Of a DNA stretch of 64,000 bases, positions 1 to 10,083 are shown one piece after another. Position 1 is the first letter of the stretch, and the number at the start of each line of letters is the position of its first letter. The notes below the pieces were generated by a model that saw only the letters and a program-made list of their open reading frames with translations, was not told the origin of the DNA and did not search any database. The DNA comes from Emticicia agri (GTDB lineage: Bacteria; Bacteroidota; Bacteroidia; Cytophagales; Spirosomataceae). The DNA lies in assembly GCA_945860265.1 (NCBI GenBank), contig CAMAQF010000008.1:3810-67809 (forward strand), given 5' to 3'. Both the position numbers and the translations under genes were made by a program.

Positions 1-2949
1 AAACTGAAACTGTCGAGGTGCTGAGGCTGCTTTTACTACAAACGTATTCGTACTTTTTGCTCCAACTTGAAACTGATTACTATTACCACGAACAACATTA
101 AAGCCAGAATAATTGGCGGCATTTAGCACATTAAAAATATCAGCCGAAAACTCAAAATGCTTCAATAATGTGTATTTTATAGATAAATCGAGCGTATTTG
201 CCCAAGGTAGGCGGTCGATGTTGCGTTTATCACCTGGGCTATAATCGCCAGGGTTAAAGAAATCATTATCACCATTGAGGTCAGTTGTACCATAAATACG
301 AGCATCGGCAATGCGAGTAATTGGCTGGCCACTTTGTATTAAAAATGCAGGCGAAATAACCAAGCCTTTGAGAGGATACCAGAAAAACATCGCATTCATT
401 ACGTGACGGCGGTCGTTTTCGTCATAAGTATATTCGGCTTCGTAATTGTTGGCATCATTGGCTCGTGTATTGATACTACTGGTATTACTTTTGATTAAAG
501 CCAACGAATAACTCAAACGAAAAGCGTATTTATCAGCACCTTTTAGTTTTTGATACACCACATTCATTGCCCAATAACGAGCTTTTCCATCAGTTTCATT
601 CATAAATACATTTCTGGCAATTCCTCTGAGCGTATCTTTTCCAACTATTGCGTATTGCCCTCGACTATCAGCTTTCAATGGCACTGGACGAGTCAAATCA
701 GCTTCGACTACTTTTCTTACTACTACATTTTTTAGGTCATCCAAAGGATAAGCCGATGGTGAATTGATATTGCGAATATAGTATAAATTATTAGTTGCCA
801 CGTAGTTTAAGTCAAGCGAGAAAAGGTGGTCTTCGTCAGCCTTGTTTTGATAACCCATCGAAACTTGGTGCGAATAGGGATTTTGAAAACCATTCGGATT
901 CAGAATTCGGAGGTTATTCGTAAACTGGCGGTCACGTCTTGGTTGCAAATCTGTGTAACTTGGGCCGTTGAGGTAGCTTACATTAGTAGATGTAGCTCGG
1001 ATATTTCCTGGGAAGGTAATTTTGTCAATATCAGCATTCGGGTCTAATTTTCCGAGGCGTTGGAGTTCCTGTAATTGTTTTTTATAGTCAGCCGAAGTGC
1101 TGTTAAATTGCAGGGCATCGCTATAAATAGAATATTTGATTTTATCGGTAAAAATTCCGTAACCACCTCTGATTGTATTTCTCTCATCTATTTTATAGTT
1201 GAAAGCAATTCTTGGAGCTAAATTATTCAAATCACCTTTTTTCCCGCCACCTTTTGTCAAATTATCGTAGTCATAGCGAAGTCCCATTGTAAGGTTTAGT
1301 TTGTTTGTAACCGAAAATAAATCTTCAAAATAAGCACTAAATACATTTTGTCTCGCCCCAAAAGTTGTTGGTCGAAGCTCGACATCATAATTTATCACTC
1401 GTACATCGCTCGGAATATCCTTCACATCAAGGCTCGAATTGATGCCTTTGGCTTTTAGTGCGTCTAATTGTGGTTGTGAAAGTCTCACTACGTAAGTTCC
1501 GTACTGGTTTCCACCACCCAAAAGCGAAAATTCGGATGTGATAAATTCAACCCCCAACTTAAATGAATGTTTGCCTTGACGATAAAAAAACTTTTGTTGG
1601 ATTTGATTGGTGTATTCGGTATCATCAAAAATTGCCCCACTCTGCCCTAAAATTGCGATTGTTGCTCCACTTGGGTCTTGAACGGTGACTGACGGACTGG
1701 TCGGATTGACAGGTTCACGGTAATTCCAGCGGAAATAGGATGTTTGGAAATTGGTTTCTCCTGTCAGATATGAACTCAAAACATACGCATTTTTTATGGC
1801 AACTAAATAAGTACGATTTTTTTGAGCCGAAGCCGCTGAAGGGAATAAATTACCACCTTCAAGGCCACCACCTTGACGGTCAATATCAAAACTGCCATAA
1901 TTTACACGCAAAGAAGATTTGAAACCCTGACTCCAAACTTGCTCAATTTTACCAGAAACATAAGAAAAACGATTGTAGCCCGTCACGGTTTCATTCACGC
2001 CCAATTGCGGAACATTCAATAAATTATCCTTTTTGTCAATTGTCTGTTCAAAATTTAAGTAAAAGAAAGTTTTGTCTTTTTTCAAAGCTCCGCCTATTCC
2101 AAAACCTGCTTGGTCACGCTTGAAACCATCTTTTACTTGATTTCCTGATAAATCTAAAGTGGCAAAAGGCGATTTTGAATCAATCACCGCTCCTGGACGA
2201 GTCAAATAAAATGCTTCGCCAGTGAGTTTATTTGAACCAGACCGACTCGTAACGTTTACAAGACCATTGCTCGTATTACCAAATTCGACTGAATAATTAT
2301 TAGTCAGTACCGAAATACCTTCGGCAAAACCAACGGGTGTATTGAATTTTGCATTTCCGAGAAAACGCTCATTATTATCCATTCCATCAATGAGGTAATT
2401 GGTGAAAGTTCCGCCCAAACCATTAATCGAAACATTCGGAGCTTCGGCGTAGCCAAGAGTGGCTACCGTTAGATTAGGTAATCGAATCAAAGCTCGGGTA
2501 ATATCACGACCTTCAACTGGCAATGCTAGGATTTCTTCTTTGGGAATGATATAAGAAACTTCGGCATTTTGGGTATTCATTTTGGCTCTTTTCGAGTTTG
2601 TGATTCTGACTTCCTCCAAAAGTTCTTCACGAATAGAAGGCAATTCGATGCTTACTTTGGTTGTTTCGCCAGCTTTCAGCGAAATATTACCCAATATGGC
2701 TTCAGCATATTTATCGTTGGCGAATGTATAAATTTTATAGATTTTATTGGTCGATAAATCATTAAATATGACTTTACCAAGCTTGTCAGTCGTTCCAACT
2801 ACTGGTTTTTCATTGACCGACTCAAGATAAACCTCTACACTTTTGATGGGTTTAAGTGTCAATAAATCATTGACTTTTACTTCTAATTTTTCTTGAGCAA
2901 TTGATGTAAACGAATAGATTACAGATAAGATTAGTATGATTTTTTTCAT
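1..2949 (-). CDS. TonB-dependent outer-membrane receptor, Oar-like with carboxypeptidase-regulatory N-domain; 3' end runs off the window (not in the ORF track)
   Basis: Hand translation from ATG at 2949 gives MKKIILILSVIYSFTSIAQ (signal peptide), plug motifs NYLIDGMDNNE and YSVEFGNTSNGLVNVTSRSGSN, barrel motifs LNLTMGLRYD and NLAPRIAFNY, and a terminal DIFNVLN...APRQFQF; frame stays open to base 1. Confidence 0.9.
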   Translation of the reverse strand, partial: MKKIILILSVIYSFTSIAQEKLEVKVNDLLTLKPIKSVEVYLESVNEKPVVGTTDKLGKVIFNDLSTNKIYKIYTFANDKYAEAILGNISLKAGETTKVSIELPSIREELLEEVRITNSKRAKMNTQNAEVSYIIPKEEILALPVEGRDITRALIRLPNLTVATLGYAEAPNVSINGLGGTFTNYLIDGMDNNERFLGNAKFNTPVGFAEGISVLTNNYSVEFGNTSNGLVNVTSRSGSNKLTGEAFYLTRPGAVIDSKSPFATLDLSGNQVKDGFKRDQAGFGIGGALKKDKTFFYLNFEQTIDKKDNLLNVPQLGVNETVTGYNRFSYVSGKIEQVWSQGFKSSLRVNYGSFDIDRQGGGLEGGNLFPSAASAQKNRTYLVAIKNAYVLSSYLTGETNFQTSYFRWNYREPVNPTSPSVTVQDPSGATIAILGQSGAIFDDTEYTNQIQQKFFYRQGKHSFKLGVEFITSEFSLLGGGNQYGTYVVRLSQPQLDALKAKGINSSLDVKDIPSDVRVINYDVELRPTTFGARQNVFSAYFEDLFSVTNKLNLTMGLRYDYDNLTKGGGKKGDLNNLAPRIAFNYKIDERNTIRGGYGIFTDKIKYSIYSDALQFNSTSADYKKQLQELQRLGKLDPNADIDKITFPGNIRATSTNVSYLNGPSYTDLQPRRDRQFTNNLRILNPNGFQNPYSHQVSMGYQNKADEDHLFSLDLNYVATNNLYYIRNINSPSAYPLDDLKNVVVRKVVEADLTRPVPLKADSRGQYAIVGKDTLRGIARNVFMNETDGKARYWAMNVVYQKLKGADKYAFRLSYSLALIKSNTSSINTRANDANNYEAEYTYDENDRRHVMNAMFFWYPLKGLVISPAFLIQSGQPITRIADARIYGTTDLNGDNDFFNPGDYSPGDKRNIDRLPWANTLDLSIKYTLLKHFEFSADIFNVLNAANYSGFNVVRGNSNQFQVGAKSTNTFVVKAASAPRQFQF

Positions 2950-3013
2950 AATAATTAACTTCATATACAGTAATATCGGGGTGTTTTGATTAAATAAAGT
3001 ACAGAGATAAATT

Positions 3014-3032
3014 GCGGACTCAGAAAGTCCGC
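3014..3032. promoter_or_regulatory. GC-rich hairpin between the DUF2064 gene and the TonB receptor gene (possible attenuator or RNA structure)
   Basis: GCGGACT-CAGAA-AGTCCGC, perfect 7-bp inverted repeat. Confidence 0.5.
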
Positions 3033-3068
3033 TTAAAATTGGATAAATTCACATGGCAAAAAGTAATT

Positions 3069-3761
3069 TTAGGCAACGGGAGGTGCTCGTAGGGAAAGTG
3101 AGTGAATCGAACGATTTTCTGTTAAATTCAAATAAAAATCTTGAATTTTTGAAGCAATATGTTCAATGATTTGAAGTAAAAAATCAATGAAATATCGTGA
3201 TGTTGTGTAAGTTTGTAATTCTTGAAAAGTATGAATATCATACAAAGCTTCGAGCATCAGAATACTTTGATTATCAGCTTGTTTGATATAGCTTTCGAGC
3301 ATTTTTTCACTCTGCCAAGCAAGATTCTCGAAAACCTCTGACCTAAAACCTTTGCTCGATATGCCGAGTAAATATACTCCCCCTCGATTATCAGGTCCAA
3401 TAACTGTATCAACTGTTTGGAGTATTTTGGCGGCCGCTAAAATATGATTTTCAACGAGTGCAGGGCAATCATTACCAATACAAATTACTTTTTCAAAACC
3501 TCGCTCGAAAATCACTTGAATAGCTGTCGAAAGTTGCTGTCCGAAGCTAGAATTATTTGGTTTGATTAACTGGCTTGAATAAAAAATTTGCAGATTATTG
3601 GCTTTTGAAACGGCTGCCACAGCTGTAAGTTCTACAAAATGATTCAATTTGTCAAATACCAACTGATTAAATTTTCTCTTTTTTGACGGAGTTAATATTT
3701 TACGATTAGCTTCTTTCGATGCTTCTTGCGTAAAAATCAATATGGCAGTAACTGTTGACAA
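3069..3761 (-). CDS. DUF2064 / TIGR04282-like (CofC-like nucleotidyl/glycosyltransferase fold) protein with C-terminal RAPP motif
   Basis: Motifs FGQQLSTAI, VICIGNDCPAL, VIGPDNRGGVYLLG, LYDIHTFQEL; ends SLSLRAPPVA. Confidence 0.75.
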   Translation of the reverse strand: MSTVTAILIFTQEASKEANRKILTPSKKRKFNQLVFDKLNHFVELTAVAAVSKANNLQIFYSSQLIKPNNSSFGQQLSTAIQVIFERGFEKVICIGNDCPALVENHILAAAKILQTVDTVIGPDNRGGVYLLGISSKGFRSEVFENLAWQSEKMLESYIKQADNQSILMLEALYDIHTFQELQTYTTSRYFIDFLLQIIEHIASKIQDFYLNLTENRSIHSLSLRAPPVA

Positions 3762-3913
3762 GGTTTTTCTAAGCTTTTCTATAGTCGTTTAACCCACATG
3801 CGTGAATAATTGTTCATTGGTTTTCAAATATGTTCCAAAAAGTTGCCGCAAGGATACAAAACATTCATTTAGATATTCTTGCGGTATCAAAGGCTTTAAG
3901 GTCGTAACTAATT

Positions 3914-4714
3914 TTATTTACTATATTTTGAAATATGTTCTTTGATTTTAGTAGTACGGTTTTCAGGACTTGGGTGCGTACTCATAAATTCGTAACCTTT
4001 CTGTCCGCCGCCTGCTTCGGCCAAAATCTCCATTACTTTAATCATCGAATTGGGGTTGTAGCCAGCTTTTATCATGTATTGTACTCCAAACTCGTCAGAT
4101 TGTAGCTCGTCATTACGCCCAAATTTCATTTCTTGAATCTGTGCTACATACTGAGCGATTTGTCCACCGCCCATACCTGTTCCGTCAGAAGTCGCCGTTG
4201 CCACAGCACCTACCAGTCCATTATAAAAATCCGATTTAGCCATTTGTTGTGCCGAATGACGATGAATGACGTGTCCAATTTCATGTCCTAATACACCAGC
4301 TAATTGATCTTCTGATTTTAATTTTTTTAGAAGTCCAACCGTTATAAAAATCTGTCCGCCTGGTAAAGCGAAAGCATTAATAGTTTGGTCATCGGCCAAA
4401 ACATGAAAATCAAATTGAAAAGGAATACTGATTCCTTTTACTTTGGCTTCATCATCGACTTGTTTTATTAATTTATATCCTACTGCTTTGGCTTGCTGCT
4501 GTACTTCATTGTCATTATAAAGACCGCCGTATTCTTGTGCCATTTGCGGAGCAGACTGCAAGCCCATCACTACTTCTTGCTGTGGCGTGAGGTCGATATG
4601 TTGCTTTTCGCCCGTTATTGGGTTTACTTGGTTTTTGCTGTAATAGCTTATCAAGGCCACAATCGCCATGACTACGCCAATAAAAAGTCTGAATTTTAAA
4701 CCCGAAGACCGCAT
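3914..4714 (-). CDS. M48 family zinc metallopeptidase
   Basis: INAFALPGG, HEIGH (HExxH), ELQSDEFG, STHP; N-terminal TM anchor. Confidence 0.92.
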   Translation of the reverse strand: MRSSGLKFRLFIGVVMAIVALISYYSKNQVNPITGEKQHIDLTPQQEVVMGLQSAPQMAQEYGGLYNDNEVQQQAKAVGYKLIKQVDDEAKVKGISIPFQFDFHVLADDQTINAFALPGGQIFITVGLLKKLKSEDQLAGVLGHEIGHVIHRHSAQQMAKSDFYNGLVGAVATATSDGTGMGGGQIAQYVAQIQEMKFGRNDELQSDEFGVQYMIKAGYNPNSMIKVMEILAEAGGGQKGYEFMSTHPSPENRTTKIKEHISKYSK

Positions 4715-4809
4715 GATTTATTGAATTTACGATTTACAAATTATATTTTTGTATTATTAAACTAACAATGATCTATCAAGAAACATACCACTGGCGTTTT
4801 TCTCAAAAA

Positions 4810-5958
4810 TTATTTCAGTATTGATAAAGCGGCATCAATATATGTAAAGTTTTCGGGCTGGAAATGATGCACGGGTTTAGTTACTTTTGTCTCGCCCAAA
4901 CGCACAATTATAGCGTTTTTCTCTCGAATCGTATATACATATTGTCCAAAAAGACCATTCATGGACGGAATCGAAAAACCTCTGTGATTGAATACCCAAA
5001 ACTGAAAACCATAAAAATCAACTAGTTTACCGCCTTCGGTTGGTTCTTTTAAATAACTTGCAGGCGAAATTGCCGCTTTCATGTAATCTTCGGGAACAAG
5101 CTGTTTGTCTTTCCATTTGCCATTTGTACGCATCAATTCTCCAAAACGAGCGTAGTCACGGGCCACTCCATTGAAACAGCAAAAGGCTTTTTCGTGCTTA
5201 CTATCTCCATCCAAGAGCCATTTTGCATCGTTTTCTGCTCCCATTGGTTTCATAAAATACTCGGAGGTTAGTTCTGAAATATTCTTCCCAAAGGCTTTTT
5301 CAACTAAAAGCCCCAACACTTGTGTATCGCCGCTACGATATTCCCAATTTACGCCCGCTGGCTCTTTTGCTTCCATTAGATTTACAACATATTCTTGGTC
5401 ATCGGCATAATACATCTTTGCTGCAAGGCCCATGTAGCTTTGGTCACTTTCTTTGTAGCTTGTTCCAGAACTCATCGTTAACAAATCCTTGATTCTTATT
5501 TTTGCCAAATCTCCTTCTTTAAAATGCGGAACGTAATTACCAACTGGTTCATCGAGTGACTTTATTTTCCCTTCGCCTACACCAATACCTACAAGCATCG
5601 AAATGATACTTTTCGCCGCCGAAAACGAACCACTAATACTATCTTTTGTGTATCCATCGAAGTATTTTTCGTAGATAATTTTACCATCTTGAATTACCAA
5701 AAAGGCATGGGTATTATTAGAATCAATCTTCGCCAAAAGCGAATCTGTAAGCTCAATTTTATTGTAAAGAGAATCGTGCGGCCAAACCTGCGGGGCATCA
5801 CCATTTTCGATATTGCGAGATGGGTGCGTACGAAAATCAAAAATAGAATGTTTTCCCCATGCAATAAAATTTCGGACATGGTCAAACGCCGGAAGGTATA
5901 GCGTACCGGTTAATAAAATGGCAGTTAGCGAAACGCCAATGAGAGATTTTTTTAACAT
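4810..5958 (-). CDS. Serine hydrolase, beta-lactamase class C-like family
   Basis: SAAKS (SxxK), LLTMSSG, WEYRSGD, ARDYARFG, GLFGQY. Confidence 0.88.
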   Translation of the reverse strand: MLKKSLIGVSLTAILLTGTLYLPAFDHVRNFIAWGKHSIFDFRTHPSRNIENGDAPQVWPHDSLYNKIELTDSLLAKIDSNNTHAFLVIQDGKIIYEKYFDGYTKDSISGSFSAAKSIISMLVGIGVGEGKIKSLDEPVGNYVPHFKEGDLAKIRIKDLLTMSSGTSYKESDQSYMGLAAKMYYADDQEYVVNLMEAKEPAGVNWEYRSGDTQVLGLLVEKAFGKNISELTSEYFMKPMGAENDAKWLLDGDSKHEKAFCCFNGVARDYARFGELMRTNGKWKDKQLVPEDYMKAAISPASYLKEPTEGGKLVDFYGFQFWVFNHRGFSIPSMNGLFGQYVYTIREKNAIIVRLGETKVTKPVHHFQPENFTYIDAALSILK

Positions 5959-6239
5959 TATTTTACATACTAGTTTTTTGTTAAATAGCGATCAGTAAAG
6001 TTAGTGTTTTTATTAAAATATTTGCAAAATTTAACTTATCAAAAGTTTTATTTAAAAGAATCTTGACTATCAAGTATTTAGAAAAAAAATTGAAATTATC
6101 TGAAACATTCGTTGCTAAAAAACAATTATTTAAGTATATTTGAAATAGAATATTACTTTTAAGCAATGTCCCAAATATAAGAAAACATAAATAATTGGCG
6201 AAGAACCCCCGACCAATAAACTCCAAAACTAAAATTCCA

Positions 6240-7226
6240 ATGACCGACGCTGAACTATTACAAGTTGAACCACTTCTTATTGAGGAAAAAACTCGTTTTG
6301 TTCTTTTCCCTATCAAACACGATGATATTTGGGAATATTTTAAAAAACACGAGGCATCTTTTTGGACTGCCGAAGAGATTGACCTTTCGCCAGATTTGCA
6401 AGACTGGGCTAGATTAAATGACGGTGAACGCCATTTTATTTCGCACGTGCTTGCATTCTTTGCTGCCTCTGATGGCATCGTAAACGAAAATTTGGCAGTA
6501 AATTTCATTTCTCGTATTCAATTTGCTGAAGCAAAATGTTTCTATGGGTTCCAGATTATGATGGAAAATATCCACTCTGAAACATATTCACTGCTGATTG
6601 ATACATATATTAAAGACCCAATTGAGCGTGACAAAATGCTTAATGCCGTTGATCATATTCCGTGCGTTAAGAAAAAAGCAGATTGGGCTTTGAAATGGAT
6701 TGATAATGGAAACTTTATCGACCGTTTATTAGCATTTGCGGTTGTAGAAGGCATTTTCTTCTCAGGCTCATTCTGCTCAATCTTTTGGATGAAAAAACGT
6801 GGTTTGATGCCAGGACTTACGTTTTCAAATGAGCTTATCTCTCGTGATGAAGGTTTACACCGCGATTTTGCTTGTTTACTTTATACACAATACATTCAGA
6901 ATAAATATCCAGCCGATAAAGTGTATGATTTGGTACGCGATGCTGTTGAAATCGAAAAAGAATTCGTAACTGATGCTTTACCCGTTTCTTTGATTGGTAT
7001 GAATTCTGAATTGATGTGCCAATACATCGAGTTCGTAGCCGACCACTTGCTCGAATCTCTAGGTTTAGACAAAACTTACAACGCTACCAATCCATTTGAT
7101 TTTATGGACATGATTTCGTTGCAAGGCAAAACCAATTTCTTTGAGAAACGTGTGGGCGAATACCAAAAGTCGGGCGTTATGTCACAAAAGAGCGAGATGG
7201 CTTTCTCATTAGATGAAGAATTTTGA
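6240..7226 (+). CDS. nrdB: Ribonucleoside-diphosphate reductase class Ia beta (R2) subunit
   Basis: [52 protein letters not shown] 6240 preferred over TTG 6195. Confidence 0.96.
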   Translation: MTDAELLQVEPLLIEEKTRFVLFPIKHDDIWEYFKKHEASFWTAEEIDLSPDLQDWARLNDGERHFISHVLAFFAASDGIVNENLAVNFISRIQFAEAKCFYGFQIMMENIHSETYSLLIDTYIKDPIERDKMLNAVDHIPCVKKKADWALKWIDNGNFIDRLLAFAVVEGIFFSGSFCSIFWMKKRGLMPGLTFSNELISRDEGLHRDFACLLYTQYIQNKYPADKVYDLVRDAVEIEKEFVTDALPVSLIGMNSELMCQYIEFVADHLLESLGLDKTYNATNPFDFMDMISLQGKTNFFEKRVGEYQKSGVMSQKSEMAFSLDEEF

Positions 7227-7243
7227 TTTTCAACCAAAATTGG

Positions 7244-7286
7244 CTACAAAAAAGGCTGCAAATTTGATTTACAGCCTTTTTTGTAG
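7244..7286. terminator. Bidirectional intrinsic terminator (nrdB / Uma2 gene)
   Basis: CTACAAAAAAGGCTG...CAGCCTTTTTTGTAG inverted repeat between convergent genes. Confidence 0.85.
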
Positions 7287-7339
7287 GACATATTTTCAAC
7301 CTGTCGATTGCGAAAACATAAACAGGTTGAAAACCTATC
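7283..7339. repeat. Degenerate GTAG-type REP doublet (REPIN-like)
   Basis: GTAGGACATATTTTCAACCTGTC ... ACAGGTTGAAAACCTAT, 12-bp perfect inverted core. Confidence 0.6.
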
Positions 7340-7966
7340 TTAATTTGTAAATTTTACTTTCTTATAAATATCTTTTACCGCTATTTCTTTTCCATCAATC
7401 TGCATTCTATCATTATCATTATAAAAATCTTGATTAAGCCAAATATTTGGATTTTCGGAGCGTAAAAAATTCATCACTCCCAACTCTTTTTGACTCACGA
7501 AAATTATTTGTTTTAAACTCGGAAAAGATTTATACTCGTGAAGTTTTTCGGTTATATCAAAAACCTCGGTTGCCTTTGATAAAACCTCTACAATTATATA
7601 AGGATTCGTAATAATTGCTGTAGAATTTGCCTTAAAAATTGGCTCACCTTTCAAAACCAACACATCAGGCATATAATAACCTCCTTCAAATTTTGGAATC
7701 TGAACGCCTGAATTGCTCCCCAATACATAGTGTTCGTCGCTGTCTGAAAATAGAATATTTAAAATTGCCCCTATGTTCATAACAAGGGTTTCGTGCCAAA
7801 AAGATGTTAATCCCATTGTAATTATTTCGCTTTTGTGGTATTCTACTTTAAAAGGTAATTTACTTGCCATATCTAAATAATCCTCTTCCGATGCAGGAAT
7901 ACAGACAATCTCTTTGGTTTGCAACTCCTCCATAATAGTTTCTTTGATGCTCTTTGCGGCTACCAT
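7340..7966 (-). CDS. Uma2 (DUF820) family PD-(D/E)xK endonuclease-like protein
   Basis: YYMPDVLV, NPYIIVEVLSKAT, KLHEYKSFPSLKQIIFVSQ; start uncertain. Confidence 0.88.
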   Translation of the reverse strand: MVAAKSIKETIMEELQTKEIVCIPASEEDYLDMASKLPFKVEYHKSEIITMGLTSFWHETLVMNIGAILNILFSDSDEHYVLGSNSGVQIPKFEGGYYMPDVLVLKGEPIFKANSTAIITNPYIIVEVLSKATEVFDITEKLHEYKSFPSLKQIIFVSQKELGVMNFLRSENPNIWLNQDFYNDNDRMQIDGKEIAVKDIYKKVKFTN

Positions 7967-8040
7967 AATCGTTGAATTTTTATCAAATATATAAAAAAAG
8001 CATACCATAGACAACCCTCATCAGCATTTTTGGGTATCTC

Positions 8041-8979
8041 TCATATCTCCACCACAAAGTGCCTCCCATTTGATTGAGGAAGAAAAGCCTCAACGCCAGT
8101 TTTTATTTCTTCGGCCAAAACTTCGAGCAGTTTAGTTTTCACAAAATGGCGATAGGTAACCAAACTTATTTCACGCACAGGTATGGGGGCTCTAAACTCT
8201 CGTATTTGCTTTTTTTGTTTTTCGCTGAAATTTATTACGGCCAATTCTGGCACAACCGTAATTCCATTATTCATTTCAACGATTTTTAGTAGTGATTCTA
8301 TACTTCCAGCTTCGTATTCAAGATTACTAAAATCGGATTTTTTCTTACGCAATTCACACAAATTCATCATTTGCGAACGAAGACAATGACCTTCCTCGAG
8401 CAACCAAAGGCGATTTACGTCGATTTCTTCGGGCAAAATAAACTTTTTCTTGAGCGTAGTTTCTTTATTCGATACAAAAACTACCAGTTTTTCGTAAAAA
8501 AGTGGATATTCTTTCAAGCCTTCAATATTGATAGGCGTTGCCAAAATTCCGACATCAAGATGGTCTTTTTCCAATTGCTCAATAATTTGGTCTGTGTTTA
8601 GTTCGCTGACTTTTACTTTTAGTTGCGGATTATTTTTCAATAAATTATATAAAAACAGTGGCAAAAGATAAGGTGCAAGTGTCGGAATAATACCGATTCG
8701 GATTTTTCCTTTTACTTCGGCTTTCGTATCATTGGCGATTTGTTTTAGGTAGGCCGTTTCCTTCAAAATCACCTTTGCTTGTTTTATAATTCCTTTGCCT
8801 GTTTCGGTCGGTACGACTGGTTGTTTACTTCTATCAAATAAAATTACCTCTAATTCTTCTTCGAGTTTTTTAATCATCATACTCAACGTTGCTTGCGTAA
8901 CACAACATTCATCGGCCGCTCTCTGAAAATGACGGTGTTTATCAACCGCTACTATGTATTCTAATTGCTGAAGATTCAT
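8041..8979 (-). CDS. oxyR: LysR-family hydrogen-peroxide-sensing regulator OxyR
   Basis: LysR HTH (MNLQQLEY...HFQRAAD), GIIPTLAPYLLP, redox motif LEEGHCLRSQMMNLC with both cysteines. Confidence 0.9.
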   Translation of the reverse strand: MNLQQLEYIVAVDKHRHFQRAADECCVTQATLSMMIKKLEEELEVILFDRSKQPVVPTETGKGIIKQAKVILKETAYLKQIANDTKAEVKGKIRIGIIPTLAPYLLPLFLYNLLKNNPQLKVKVSELNTDQIIEQLEKDHLDVGILATPINIEGLKEYPLFYEKLVVFVSNKETTLKKKFILPEEIDVNRLWLLEEGHCLRSQMMNLCELRKKKSDFSNLEYEAGSIESLLKIVEMNNGITVVPELAVINFSEKQKKQIREFRAPIPVREISLVTYRHFVKTKLLEVLAEEIKTGVEAFLPQSNGRHFVVEI

Positions 8980-9109
8980 TGATATTTAAATTAGATTTCA
9001 TCTATACAAATGTAAAAAACATAAATTTCACTTAACAAGTTTTTTAAGTGAATAAAATAAGCAAAATCGACTTCAAAAAAATCTTTAATTTTTCTGTGAC
9101 TAACTCGTC

Positions 9110-9232
9110 TTAAACAAAGATCTATATAAAATACAAAAAGATGATTAGGTTTATGGCAAAATCAATAATAGAGATTCAGAAATTATGATGAAAACGATAC
9201 GTGGCGATTTGCTTATTCGAAATATAAATTAA
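9110..9232 (+). pseudogene. Short relic resembling the C-terminus of a DUF4097 beta-repeat protein
   Basis: Frame reads KDLYKIQKDD*VYGKINNRDSEIMMKTIRGDLLIRNIN*, TAG at 9146 where Trp is expected; no start or N-terminus. Confidence 0.4.
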
Positions 9233-9262
9233 AAAAACACCTAGTCGAAATTCGGCTAGGTG
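9231..9262 (-). terminator. Intrinsic terminator on the minus strand with no upstream CDS
   Basis: Minus strand CACCTAGCCGAA-T-TTCGACTAGGTG followed by T7. Confidence 0.7.
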
Positions 9263-9475
9263 CATACTGTTACAGTTTAGGGTAGGTATTAATATCTTTT
9301 TTTTGGCTTAGTGTTGAACAATTTCGCTGTAATATTAAATTTCTTATTGGATAAATGCAAATAAAGTAGAATAGAATTTATAAAACTTCTTGCATTTAAT
9401 TTATGAACTCTCCGTTTGGTGAGTAACAATTAGCCATTAAAACAGTTGTTATATTGAAATAAATACTATTTTATC

Positions 9476-9949
9476 ATGCCAAAGTCTTTACTGAAATATA
9501 AAAATTACGACGTCCACTCGATTACGACAATTCATGAAGAAAACTCTAATGCGAATATAGCAACGTGGGTTATGCAAACAGCTATGGGTGGAAAAATGGT
9601 CTGTGTAGCTCTTTATAAAGTTGATTATACCATCGAACTTGTGAGAGCATCTAAGATACTAAATATTAACCTACTACATACAGGGCAGACAAGTCTGATT
9701 AATAAGCTAGGGCGGCGTAGTGGAAAGGATAGTGATAAATTAAAAACCCTAAAATTTGAATTCGATAATCGAGGTTGCCCATTTTTAACAGAAGCAATTG
9801 GCTATATTCAATGCAAGGTTTTACATTCAACCGATGCTGGCGACCATGAACTTTTTGTCTGTGAAGTACAAAAACAGGTGGTATTAAACCCTGAAAAAGA
9901 AGTAATGACCAATAATTTTTTGAGGGAAAAAGGCTTAGTTCGTGGATAA
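9476..9949 (+). CDS. Flavin reductase-like (DIM6/NTAB) FMN-binding protein
   Basis: ATWVMQ, LGRRSGKDSDK, GCPFL, AGDHELFVCEV. Confidence 0.88.
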   Translation: MPKSLLKYKNYDVHSITTIHEENSNANIATWVMQTAMGGKMVCVALYKVDYTIELVRASKILNINLLHTGQTSLINKLGRRSGKDSDKLKTLKFEFDNRGCPFLTEAIGYIQCKVLHSTDAGDHELFVCEVQKQVVLNPEKEVMTNNFLREKGLVRG

Positions 9950-10083
9950 ATAATAAAGCCTTTTTGGATTTATCTCGTATGCAGTTTTAAAAAACATAAA
10001 GCTGAAAGTATGAGACTCAATAATCTTTTTATATGTACAATTTTGTTGCTTTTTACGCAAAAAAACTATCAATTATCGCACCC

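Noticed and set aside
550..2757. Short plus-strand ORFs (550, 826, 1740, 2569)
   Set aside because: Antisense shadows of the TonB-dependent receptor gene
5981..6508. 175-aa minus-strand ORF
   Set aside because: Antisense to nrdB and its AT-rich promoter; no recognisable motifs
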